Of a stretch of 42,604 nt of DNA, positions 1-8,157 are shown one piece after another. This DNA comes from a virus (lineage: Duplodnaviria; Caudoviricetes), in IMG/VR virus record IMGVR_UViG_3300037851_000393, positions 1-42,604 of that record, one strand, 5' to 3'. A model generated the notes under the pieces. The model was given only the letters and a program-made list of their open reading frames with translations. It did no database searches and was not told the origin of the DNA. The translations under genes and the position numbers were made by a program. How positions within the stretch are numbered: the first letter of the stretch is position 1; the number at the start of each line of letters is the position of its first letter.

Positions 1-1070
1 TGGATCTCGTTCTTGTACTGGGCGAAGGAGGCCTCGGTGAACGTCCGGATCTTCAGCGAGATCGCCTCGGCCGGGAGCCGCTGGTCCGAGAGGATCTCCA
101 GACGTCCCTGCGCCGCCTCGACACGGATCTGGTTCGGGTCTCCCTCCTTCACGGAGATCCCCGGGTCCGGGCCGCGGAGGAAGACGCGGTTCATCCCGAT
201 CCACAGCTCCCCGATCTTCGGCCGCGGCTGGTTGCCTGCCGGCATCTGGATCGCGAGCTGCCAGACCTGCGTGTAGGACGCCGTGTCCGTCGCCGCGCAG
301 CTCACCGGGCTGATCGGGAGCGCGATCGGGCCGACCGTGACCGTGGCGGAGTCCGGGATATTGTGCCCGATGAGCGCGACGAGGTCGGCCTCACCGATCA
401 TCGCGGGCGAGCCGTCCAGCTCGTTGCTGTAGGAAGACGCGTAGACGTAGGTCGTCGCGGAGTAGCTCGCGGCGACCGGGGAGATCACCACCCGGTACGT
501 GGATCGCACTTCGCGGTTCGCATCCGCCGTGATGATCTCGTCGATCTCCTCCCACGTGTCGTCGACGCTCTGCGACTCCAGCACCCCGCCGTCCACCCAC
601 GCCGAGCCGTTCCACCCGAGACCGGACCACGTGTCGATCACCTCGACTTGCACGCCCGTGGCCGTGGACGCCGCTGGGATGTAGATTGACATCCGGCACT
701 TCCAGTTCTCTCCGGGCATGACGGGGAATTCCTGGAACACCGGGCGATACAGACGCAAAGCGGTGCGCGAGGCGTAAGTGCCCCAGTCCGGCGGGAACGA
801 CCCGAGCCCCGGCGTGCCAGCGAGGGCGAGGAGGAAGTCTCGCCACCCAGTCGGCGCATCGGAGCGGTCCGAATAGTCCGCGAGCGCGTTGATGTCCACG
901 TCGGCGGCGTACGTCCCGTCGGAGCGCCACGTGAAGCCCGCCTCCTGGTCCGGGTAGCCGTTCGCGAGACGAGTCAGGCTGAGGAGCGCGTCGTCCGCGG
1001 CCGGCGACACGGCGACGGGGTTGTACGCCGACCGCTGCGCGAGGTTGCCGATGCTGTAGTCCCAGGACAT
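1..1070 (-). CDS. Virion tail protein, possibly distal-tail (Dit)-like; runs off the window edge
   Basis: Not in the ORF track because it has no stop in the window. ATG at 1070 opens MSWDYSIGNLAQRSAYNPV...DLVALIGHNIP...PKIGELWIG...SLKIRTFTEASFAQYKNEI in one frame to the edge. The Dit-like call is inference from motif resemblance. Confidence 0.6.
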   Translation of the reverse strand, partial: MSWDYSIGNLAQRSAYNPVAVSPAADDALLSLTRLANGYPDQEAGFTWRSDGTYAADVDINALADYSDRSDAPTGWRDFLLALAGTPGLGSFPPDWGTYASRTALRLYRPVFQEFPVMPGENWKCRMSIYIPAASTATGVQVEVIDTWSGLGWNGSAWVDGGVLESQSVDDTWEEIDEIITADANREVRSTYRVVISPVAASYSATTYVYASSYSNELDGSPAMIGEADLVALIGHNIPDSATVTVGPIALPISPVSCAATDTASYTQVWQLAIQMPAGNQPRPKIGELWIGMNRVFLRGPDPGISVKEGDPNQIRVEAAQGRLEILSDQRLPAEAISLKIRTFTEASFAQYKNEI

Positions 1071-1083
1071 CTAGGTTACTCCC

Positions 1084-1374
1084 TTACTTGGTCGGGGGAG
1101 CGTGGTAGTCCTTGCTCCCCCTCGCGTGGAACGTCTTGTAGTTGCCGTCCGTCGTGAGCCCGAACCCCGCCGGCTTCGAGTTCAACCGCGCCGGCACGTG
1201 GATCACGAGCTGCGCGACCAGCGCCGTGCTGCCCGTCACGTAGGGCTGCCCGTGCGCGTTCTGGCCGTGAATGTTCCACGCCGCGAGCGACCCGGCCCCG
1301 GGTTTGAAGTGGCCCTGGACGGGCGCGCGCACCGGCTGGCCCTTGTCACTGTCACTGAAGGTATAGTACGCCAT
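1084..1374 (-). CDS. Hypothetical protein, 96 aa, tail region
   Basis: ATG start 1 nt after the upstream stop; same strand and operon as tail genes. Confidence 0.6.
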   Translation of the reverse strand: MAYYTFSDSDKGQPVRAPVQGHFKPGAGSLAAWNIHGQNAHGQPYVTGSTALVAQLVIHVPARLNSKPAGFGLTTDGNYKTFHARGSKDYHAPPTK

Positions 1375-1375
1375 G

Positions 1376-2251
1376 TCAGTCGATTCTCATCAGGCACGCC
1401 ATGGTCACCGGCGTCGTGTAGCCCCAGTGGGTGCTGGCCGTCGTGTTTCCGAGGATCGACTTGTAGGTAAGGTTCTGGCCGTAGTGGCTGATCGTGTGGA
1501 TCGACCCGATCGGCGCGAACTGGTACGGGCACGCGATGATGTCCCGGAGCATAAAGTACCCGCTGTTCGTCAGCCCCTGCATGAACATCGGGAAGTACGG
1601 CACCGCGCCGCCCGCGCACGAGAGTCTCGGGAAGTACATCATCGAGTAGTTCGCGTCCTTGGTCCCAGCGCCGCCTGAGAACTCCGCGTACTGGTTCGAG
1701 CAGAGCTGCGCCGTCGTGTACCCGATCATGCCGTGCGCGAACCCGGTCCCGTTGTCCGCGCCGTTGGTGTCGCACGTCCGCTGGAAGAACCCTACGGAGT
1801 TGTTCGCGGGTGTACCGACCCCGCCCTGCCCCATGGTCCAGCGCTCGTCGTCGCCGGCCATGGTGAAGAACCCGACCTCGTTCACCGCCCCGCTGGCTCC
1901 CATCAGGTTGTACTCTGTGGCGAGCGACCCCGTGAGGGTTCCCGCGCCGTCGCTGCCCGTCCCGTACTGTACCTTGAAGCCGAGAGCGTTGATGCTGTAG
2001 CCAGAGCCGTACTGAATCTTCATATAGACCGCGGTGCCCCCGCCGGTCCCAGACTTCCGGATCTCGTAGCCCCGCATTGTGAACGCGAAGCTCGTTTCGC
2101 GCGTGACGGTGGTCCAGTCGATCTGTCCGGTATCCCCCTGCTTGGCCCAGCCGAGCGTCTCGAACGCGTCGGAGTGCCACTTGCCGTACTCGCGGAAGAG
2201 CGCGTCGGTGGAGATCTGGGTGGAGGCCACCCACTTGTTGTAGACGGCCAT
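1376..2251 (-). CDS. Putative virion/tail-fibre-associated protein, 291 aa; paralog of 2251..3186
   Basis: Shares GDTGQIDWxTV, GYEI, YMKIxYGSGY and GTGSDGxGxLTG with the neighbouring gene; TGATG coupling. Confidence 0.7.
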   Translation of the reverse strand: MAVYNKWVASTQISTDALFREYGKWHSDAFETLGWAKQGDTGQIDWTTVTRETSFAFTMRGYEIRKSGTGGGTAVYMKIQYGSGYSINALGFKVQYGTGSDGAGTLTGSLATEYNLMGASGAVNEVGFFTMAGDDERWTMGQGGVGTPANNSVGFFQRTCDTNGADNGTGFAHGMIGYTTAQLCSNQYAEFSGGAGTKDANYSMMYFPRLSCAGGAVPYFPMFMQGLTNSGYFMLRDIIACPYQFAPIGSIHTISHYGQNLTYKSILGNTTASTHWGYTTPVTMACLMRID

Positions 2252-3186
2252 CAGTCGTACCTCATCGCCAGTGATTGGACGGCCGGGGCTGTCACGCCCC
2301 AGACGGTGGAAGCTGTTACGTTGCCGTATACGGCTTTGAACGTGCGGCTCGCGCCGACGTGGGTGAACGTGTGGTCGGTTCGGTCCGCGGCGAGCGCGGT
2401 CGGCATCGCCACTACGTCGCGCAACGGCATCAGCGGCGAGTCGGACTCGTACCCGTGCCAGTAGATCGGCTTGACCGGGATGTGCGTCGCGTCGCCTACG
2501 TGCCGGAACAGGTACATCTGCGGCGGCGGGGAGTCGGTGACCCAGTGACTCGTCTTGCCCGCCGCGTCGAAGTGCATCACGAGCACCTTGCCGACGTTGT
2601 TGTAGCTGAAGTTCCAGAGGATCCAGCCTTGGTCAGTATCGTTCCCCGAGGTATCGTGCGTTCGGCATACGCCGAACGCGGTGTTGAACGTCTGGTTCGA
2701 GTCGTCGCAGCACGCGACGCCGAACCGGGCCGAGGAACCTGAGATGTAGTCGTCGCCCGCTGCAGCGGCATAGCCCGCGGCAGAGAAGATCGCGAGCCCG
2801 GGCGAAGGCATCAGCAAGCCGGGGTTGGACGGCTCCGAGAAGTTGCCGCCGGTCGGAGCGGAGCCCCCTGTAAGGTTTCCCGAACCGTCCGACCCCGTGC
2901 CAAAGTTGACGCGGAACCCCTTCGCCGCCGAGTTGTACCCGGAGCCGTACTCGATCTTCATGTAGAGTCGCGGCCCCGCGGTGTTGTCGGAGTAGAGGAT
3001 CTCGTAGCCCATGAACGTCGACGCGCCGCCTGGTGCCGACACGGTCGCCCAGTCGATCTGCCCCGTATCGCCGGTCTGCGTCCAGCCCGCGGACTGCAGC
3101 GAGGTAGAGATGAAGTCCCCGAACGTCCGGAAGCGCGCGTTATCGTTGATGCTGGCGTCTGAGTACGCCGCGGTGTACGTGGACAC
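2251..3186 (-). CDS. Putative virion/tail-fibre-associated protein, 311 aa; paralog of 1376..2251
   Basis: Same shared motifs; Gly/Ser/Thr-rich; stop/start overlaps on both sides. Confidence 0.7.
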   Translation of the reverse strand: MSTYTAAYSDASINDNARFRTFGDFISTSLQSAGWTQTGDTGQIDWATVSAPGGASTFMGYEILYSDNTAGPRLYMKIEYGSGYNSAAKGFRVNFGTGSDGSGNLTGGSAPTGGNFSEPSNPGLLMPSPGLAIFSAAGYAAAAGDDYISGSSARFGVACCDDSNQTFNTAFGVCRTHDTSGNDTDQGWILWNFSYNNVGKVLVMHFDAAGKTSHWVTDSPPPQMYLFRHVGDATHIPVKPIYWHGYESDSPLMPLRDVVAMPTALAADRTDHTFTHVGASRTFKAVYGNVTASTVWGVTAPAVQSLAMRYD

Positions 3187-3983
3187 TACGTCACTTCCTC
3201 GATGTCAAACTGGACCACGAGGTACGTGAGGGTGCCCGTGACGCTCGTGAGACGGACGGCGACGTCGTCACCGGCCACCAGCCCCACGCTCAGCCCGGCT
3301 GACGACTGCCAGGTAGTCGAGGGTGTCAGCTCCGACCCAATGATGTCCGACGAGGAGTTCTTCCGCCCGTTGACGGTACACGATCCCGTCCCGATCTGGA
3401 TTGAGCGCACCTTCTTGATAGTGAACGACCCCGACGCCACGAAGAACGGGAAGGTCGTCGTCCCGGACGGCGGGTTGTGGATGACGAATGCCATCTCCCG
3501 GTGGACCGTACCCCCGCCCGACGGGGACGCCGAGGGCGACGCGCTGAGCGAGGCCGAGGGTGACTGGCTCGCCGAGGGCGACTGGCTGGCGCTCGGGCTT
3601 GTAGTCGCGGACGGCGAAGCGCTGGGTGACAGCGACGCCGACGGGCTCTCGCTCGCCGACGGGGATTGAGATGCCGACGCGGAGAGGCTCGGGCTGGCGG
3701 ACGGCGACGTGCTGGCCGACGGCGAGCTTCCGCCCCCACCGGTCGGGGCGGCGGCGACCCACTCCCCGGCGCCGTCGTCCCACGTGAGGACGTCGCCGTC
3801 GTTCGGCGTCGGTGCGTTGACGTCGAGGAGGTCGTCGAGATAGCTCGCCGACCCGCCGCCACCCGCTGGGCGCTGGTTGGAGATTCGGCCCGCGCCGACG
3901 CTTCCGACCAGCATCTGGATGGCTTTCCAGTACGGCCCGAGCGGCGACGCGCGCTGCGTGGTGGCTAGACGGCGAACGCCCAC
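3186..3983 (-). CDS. Tail-fibre-like protein with Ser/Pro-rich tract
   Basis: LDDLLDV...PNDGDVLTWDDGAGEW fibre-type motif, about 70-aa (SPSASx)n tract, C-terminal beta-rich domain. Confidence 0.7.
   Translation of the reverse strand: MGVRRLATTQRASPLGPYWKAIQMLVGSVGAGRISNQRPAGGGGSASYLDDLLDVNAPTPNDGDVLTWDDGAGEWVAAAPTGGGGSSPSASTSPSASPSLSASASQSPSASESPSASLSPSASPSATTSPSASQSPSASQSPSASLSASPSASPSGGGTVHREMAFVIHNPPSGTTTFPFFVASGSFTIKKVRSIQIGTGSCTVNGRKNSSSDIIGSELTPSTTWQSSAGLSVGLVAGDDVAVRLTSVTGTLTYLVVQFDIEEVT
3520..3730 (-). repeat. Coding Ser/Pro/Ala tract, degenerate 18-nt unit (approximate bounds)
   Basis: (SPSASx)n in translation. Confidence 0.9.
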
Positions 3984-3984
3984 C

Positions 3985-4314
3985 TTACGACTCCTCGACT
4001 CCGAACACGCTGATCGCGAGCTGCTGCGCCGAGACGTAGGCGCAGAGCAGGTCCGTCGCCGCGAGAGTGATCCCGAGCTGGAAGAACACTGTGTCGTTCG
4101 CCGGGCAGGTCATGTCGTAGGCGAGATACTGCTTGTCGTTGATCGCCTCGCCCGCGACTCGGACGTAGAGCCGGAACGTCTGGGCGGAGCCCGAGCGGTT
4201 CGCTACGACGACAGATGAGATCACCGCCGTCGTCGAGGCCGGCACCGTGTAGATCGTGGTAGCGGTCGTGGCCGCGGGGTTGGCCTGCGCGAGCACCTTG
4301 TAGACTTGCGCCAT
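3985..4314 (-). CDS. Small virion structural protein, 109 aa
   Basis: MAQVYKVLAQANPAATTATTIYTVPASTTAVISSVVVANR resembles a widespread small phage tail-region protein; GGAGGA RBS upstream. Confidence 0.7.
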   Translation of the reverse strand: MAQVYKVLAQANPAATTATTIYTVPASTTAVISSVVVANRSGSAQTFRLYVRVAGEAINDKQYLAYDMTCPANDTVFFQLGITLAATDLLCAYVSAQQLAISVFGVEES

Positions 4315-4317
4315 CGC

Positions 4318-4842
4318 TTAACTTCCTCCCATGAACAGGAACGGGTGCATCAGGGTGCTGCGGTTGCCGTAGTCGAGCGGGCGCGGCTCCCAGACTTTGG
4401 TAGAATTCTTGAAGATCAGCACGTCTAGGTCGGCGGGGGTCTGCCGGTCCACGCCCGACAGTTCGCCGATATTGGGGATGATCGTCACGTTGACTTCGAC
4501 CACGTACGGCGCACTGCCGTCGTTAGAGTCGAACACGGTACCGACGAACACCTGCGGCAGCGGACCTGCTGGTCGCGTGTTGTGGACCGTAGCGTCCGCC
4601 TGCGCCCAGAGCAGGTCTCCGACCGACCACGTCCCCGTAGCCGGCGTCACGTCCCGCAGATAGCCGCGTCGCATGGCGGCCACCGGCTCTAGGTACTCGG
4701 AGTCTGTCATCGTGACACCGAGGATCTTGGGAGACGTCGTGTTCTCGGGGTTCTCGTAGCTGCTCGGGCTCCACGGCTCGACCGAGGGCTTGTTGTCGTC
4801 TACCCCGTTGATGACGACGACGGTGAACTTGTCAATTGCCAC
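4318..4842 (-). CDS. Tail-fibre-like protein, 174 aa; probable C-terminal half of a split gene
   Basis: ILGV...GYLRDV...WSVGDLLW...TRP...VGTV motif string; ends HPFLFMGGS; reads as a continuation of 5727..6479. Confidence 0.65.
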   Translation of the reverse strand: MAIDKFTVVVINGVDDNKPSVEPWSPSSYENPENTTSPKILGVTMTDSEYLEPVAAMRRGYLRDVTPATGTWSVGDLLWAQADATVHNTRPAGPLPQVFVGTVFDSNDGSAPYVVEVNVTIIPNIGELSGVDRQTPADLDVLIFKNSTKVWEPRPLDYGNRSTLMHPFLFMGGS

Positions 4843-4845
4843 GGA

Positions 4846-5730
4846 TCACCAGCTCTTGTTCCCGTTTCCAGCATCCGCGTGCGCCGTGTACGCCGCCCAC
4901 GCCGGGGCGTGGTACGGCCCGGGGTCCGGTGGGCGGTAGGCTTGCGCGAATGCCGAGTCGAAGTCCCACAGGCAGTGAACGCCGTCTGGGTAGGTGTGGT
5001 AACTCGGGTTCACGCTGATCGAGCCGCCCCAGTAGATGTACGTCCGAAACGCCGCCGCGTCGATTCCGCCCGCGCTGTCTCCGAACTGCGGCATCGTACC
5101 TACGTTGCCGAAGATGGCCTCCGCGCCGACGAAGTTGTACGGAAACGCCGGGTTATGCGGTCCCGCGAACACCGCGTAGGACGAGGTGAAATTGAAAGGC
5201 GACTGGGTCGCCGGGGAGCACGCGTGGTACCCGAATCCGATGTCGATGACTCCACCCTGGTCTGAGATGACCCAGTCGTTCAGCTGTGTCTTCTGCGTCG
5301 TGAAATCCGGTGAGTACGGTCCGTATTGCCCCTCCGCGCCGAGGATCACGATGTCGCAGTTCCCGATCGCTGCCGGAGCGGCGTTGACGCCCGTGTACGT
5401 GTCGATCGTGAACCCCGCTGCGGTCAGGGCGTCCCGGATCGTGGTACCCACCGTCACCGTGGCGCCGACAGTCTGGCCGTACCACGAGATGTCAGCGGTC
5501 GTGTCGGACACGAGGATGGTCCCGCTCGACTGGTTACCGCGCATCCACGTGCATACGTTCACCAGCAGGTCCTCGACGTAGGATACGTACGCGAGCCCGT
5601 TGTGCGACAGGTAATAGTCCGCCGTGAGGTACGGGATGCCCGTACCGAACCAGCGACCGCCGGCCACGGAGGGCGCGAGGCCGTTGCTCGCCACTGAGAC
5701 GTCCCAGCCGAGAGGTAGCTTCCCGCTCAT
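4846..5730 (-). CDS. Hypothetical protein, 294 aa, inserted in the fibre region
   Basis: ATG at 5730 overlaps the upstream TGA (ATGA); preferred over the track start at 5769. Confidence 0.7.
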   Translation of the reverse strand: MSGKLPLGWDVSVASNGLAPSVAGGRWFGTGIPYLTADYYLSHNGLAYVSYVEDLLVNVCTWMRGNQSSGTILVSDTTADISWYGQTVGATVTVGTTIRDALTAAGFTIDTYTGVNAAPAAIGNCDIVILGAEGQYGPYSPDFTTQKTQLNDWVISDQGGVIDIGFGYHACSPATQSPFNFTSSYAVFAGPHNPAFPYNFVGAEAIFGNVGTMPQFGDSAGGIDAAAFRTYIYWGGSISVNPSYHTYPDGVHCLWDFDSAFAQAYRPPDPGPYHAPAWAAYTAHADAGNGNKSW

Positions 5731-6479
5731 ACCGGGTTGTACCCGTTCACGGCCATCGCGACACCCCACCCGAGGGCTACTGCGACCAAACCAGCCCCAC
5801 TGGCGACGTGTGCCACGAGGATGTCTTCGAGCGTGTCCCAGGACGAGATGCCCTCGGCAGGCGTGTAGCTGCTCTCGGCCGTGACGTCGGTGTTGTACTC
5901 GATGCGCGACACCATCTCGATGCTCGACTTCGTGGGCTCGTCGTTGAACACCACCCGCTCGATCCCGTCGATTTTCGCCTCGCCGTCGTCGTTGTCCCCC
6001 GTCATGTGGATGACGCGCGGCTGGTCGATTACGCCCTCGCCCACGTCGCCGTTGAAGGAGATGTCCCGCACCCCAGTGATGTCGCTCTCACCGTTGTCAC
6101 CGACCATGTGGATGTCGCGCGCGCCCTGAATGTTCGCGAACCCGTTGGGGCCCGTCATGTTGATGTCGCCCTCGACTTCGAGGTTCCCGACGTTGTTGAC
6201 GGACCAGTGGTTCATGTCCAGGTTGCCGAGCATCGGCTGCTCGCCGGACCGCGCCAGCTTCTCGGAGTCCAGCTCCTCGATCGCCTCCTGCACGTCGTCT
6301 GCGGCCATGCGTCCAGAGCCGTCGGACTGCGTTTCGTCGAAGGTGATATTCGCCGCAGCGTGCCCGTGCGGCGGCACGACTCCGCTCGACGCTGGAGCGG
6401 CAGCGGTCAGCGCCGTCATCCTCAGGCGGATCGCGGTATATTGGGAGTCGATGTCTCCCGTTCGCTTAGTGCGCGCCAT
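5727..6479 (-). CDS. Tail-fibre-like protein, 250 aa
   Basis: AANITFD...DVQEAIEELDSEK...GEQPMLGNLDMN motif, then repeated IxGxRxIxMxGD-type units (beta-helix-like); GAGGAG RBS. Confidence 0.7.
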   Translation of the reverse strand: MARTKRTGDIDSQYTAIRLRMTALTAAAPASSGVVPPHGHAAANITFDETQSDGSGRMAADDVQEAIEELDSEKLARSGEQPMLGNLDMNHWSVNNVGNLEVEGDINMTGPNGFANIQGARDIHMVGDNGESDITGVRDISFNGDVGEGVIDQPRVIHMTGDNDDGEAKIDGIERVVFNDEPTKSSIEMVSRIEYNTDVTAESSYTPAEGISSWDTLEDILVAHVASGAGLVAVALGWGVAMAVNGYNPV

Positions 6480-6729
6480 TGCCGCTCCTCACATATTGGT
6501 TTCCATGAAACTTTTGCCCGAGGTGTGCTCGGCTAAGCGCCGCGCGCCATTCTGGGGAGAATCTTAGTCCCTTTCGCGCCACGCTAAGTTTTGCGCACCA
6601 CTCGGCGTTCCGTGGAGGACGCTTTCTGCCTTTTTCACGTGCGCTCATCGCTGCACAGACTTCTGGGGTCCTCTTCTTTCCTCGGTTCGCGGCTCCGATC
6701 GCGGCGCGATGTTCCAGTGGCATTACCAT
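6466..6729 (-). CDS. NUMOD3-repeat protein, probably a homing endonuclease remnant lacking the nuclease domain
   Basis: Four basic repeats of the type EHRAAIGAANRGKKRTPE / EWCAKLSVARKG / EWRAALSRAHLG; lower GC than flanks. Confidence 0.6.
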   Translation of the reverse strand: MVMPLEHRAAIGAANRGKKRTPEVCAAMSAREKGRKRPPRNAEWCAKLSVARKGLRFSPEWRAALSRAHLGQKFHGNQYVRSGNGAH

Positions 6730-6742
6730 CCATCCGTGTCAG

Positions 6743-7759
6743 CTAGCTCCTCACGAAGGTCTGCTGCGTGCCGTCGCTCATGTGGAGCACGACGTGAAGT
6801 ACGTCGATCGGGGGTGCGAGGGACGGTGACGCCGACTCCGATCCGCTCGCGCTCGACGACGCGCTTTCGCTCGACGAGCCACTCTCAGAACCCGATTCGC
6901 TGGACGACGGTGAGGCGCTGATGCTCGAACTGGACGAGGCACTCGCGCTCGAAGACGGCGAGGCTGAGCCCGACGAGGAAGACGAAGGTGAGCCGCTCGC
7001 GCTCGACGAGGCGGAGGACGACGCGGACGGCGTGGTGACCACGGCCGGCGTCACGGGGTCCTTCAGGTGCTTCAGGTCGTCGAGAAGCCGGGCGTAGTCG
7101 AACCCGGCGGGCGAGACGCCCTGTGCGTTTAGCGAGAGGTCGTTGAGCACCGCGTAGTTCTCGTCGGAGTACTTGAGGAAAAAGTCGTAGGACATCGACA
7201 TCTTCCGGCCCCACGAAATAGTGGTGATCCTGCGGGTCGCGTCGTCGTACCCGACAGCCACGACGTAGTGCCCGTTGCGCGGGTTCGGCGCACCGTACAG
7301 GACGGTCCAGGGCCCGAAGACCCCGCCGTCGGGCAGCGACAGCCCGAGGCCCGACGACCCGAACAAGTGGACCGCCAGCCGCAGCTCGTCGAGGTTGGGC
7401 GAGATCGAGACGAACGCTTCGACTTTGTCGCCCGCGATCCCGGTGTTGCGCCAGTAGTTCAGCATGTCGAGGAGGTACACGCCGGTGTCCGCGCCGCCCG
7501 TGATGGCGAAATACGCCGCCTTGACCTGGTCGGTCGTCGGAGTGACAGGACCTTTCCCGTAGGTTGACCACGACTGGATCTGGTGCGCGGCTCCTGCGGG
7601 CCCGCAGCACCCGAGGACGTCGTTGGCGTACATCGGCCAAGCCGGGACGTTCGAATAGCGGTCGACCTTCGGCGGCGGCGCCGTCAGGCGGACCGGCAGG
7701 TAACGGGCGAACCGGAGGGTACGGCTGTCGTGCTTGACGGGGAGCTTACCTAGTTTCAT
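6743..7759 (-). CDS. Papain-like cysteine peptidase with Ser-rich C-terminal tract
   Basis: NDVLGCCGPAGAAH (catalytic Cys region), GHYVVAVGYD (catalytic His) and ISWG; ATG at 7759 in a TGATG overlap. Confidence 0.7.
   Translation of the reverse strand: MKLGKLPVKHDSRTLRFARYLPVRLTAPPPKVDRYSNVPAWPMYANDVLGCCGPAGAAHQIQSWSTYGKGPVTPTTDQVKAAYFAITGGADTGVYLLDMLNYWRNTGIAGDKVEAFVSISPNLDELRLAVHLFGSSGLGLSLPDGGVFGPWTVLYGAPNPRNGHYVVAVGYDDATRRITTISWGRKMSMSYDFFLKYSDENYAVLNDLSLNAQGVSPAGFDYARLLDDLKHLKDPVTPAVVTTPSASSSASSSASGSPSSSSSGSASPSSSASASSSSSISASPSSSESGSESGSSSESASSSASGSESASPSLAPPIDVLHVVLHMSDGTQQTFVRS
6820..7035 (-). repeat. Coding Ser-rich tract (approximate bounds)
   Basis: PSASSSASSSASGSPSS... in the peptidase. 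Confidence 0.85.
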
Positions 7760-8157
7760 CACACCTTCCAAATCGCTTCGAGTTTGTCGAGGGGGTTTCG
7801 ACGGGTCTCCCACATGCGAATGTAGGCGTCCGCGTACCTCGTACCATCATACCCGATCCCCACCCACCCGAGGTCGTAGAGGAACGACCACTGGACCGCG
7901 GGGTCGAGCGCGCTCAGGTCCGGGAGCTGTCCGATGACGGAGTTGGTCTCGACGAGGGTGCCGTCCGCCTCATTAAATATAGCATATCCGACCTCGATTG
8001 AGTAGGGGCCGTAGGTGCTCCACCCCTCGGCCCCAAGCCAGCGAGCCCAGGCCCGAAGCACGTGCTCTCGGGTGAGGAGATCAGCAGTCATCGGGCAATC
8101 GATCCGGACCACCGTCTCGCCGTCGATCTGCCGCTCAAACCGGATGTAGTCAGCCAT
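7759..8157 (-). CDS. Hypothetical protein, 132 aa (MADYIRFERQ...)
   Basis: ATG at 8157 overlaps the upstream TAA (TAATG); the longer track ORF overlaps the upstream gene. Confidence 0.65.
   Translation of the reverse strand: MADYIRFERQIDGETVVRIDCPMTADLLTREHVLRAWARWLGAEGWSTYGPYSIEVGYAIFNEADGTLVETNSVIGQLPDLSALDPAVQWSFLYDLGWVGIGYDGTRYADAYIRMWETRRNPLDKLEAIWKV

Noticed and set aside
4843-5730. Self-splicing intron explaining the split fibre or MuF genes
   Set aside because: The inserts are almost entirely coding, leaving no room for group I/II core structure, and no maturase or intact endonuclease is inside.
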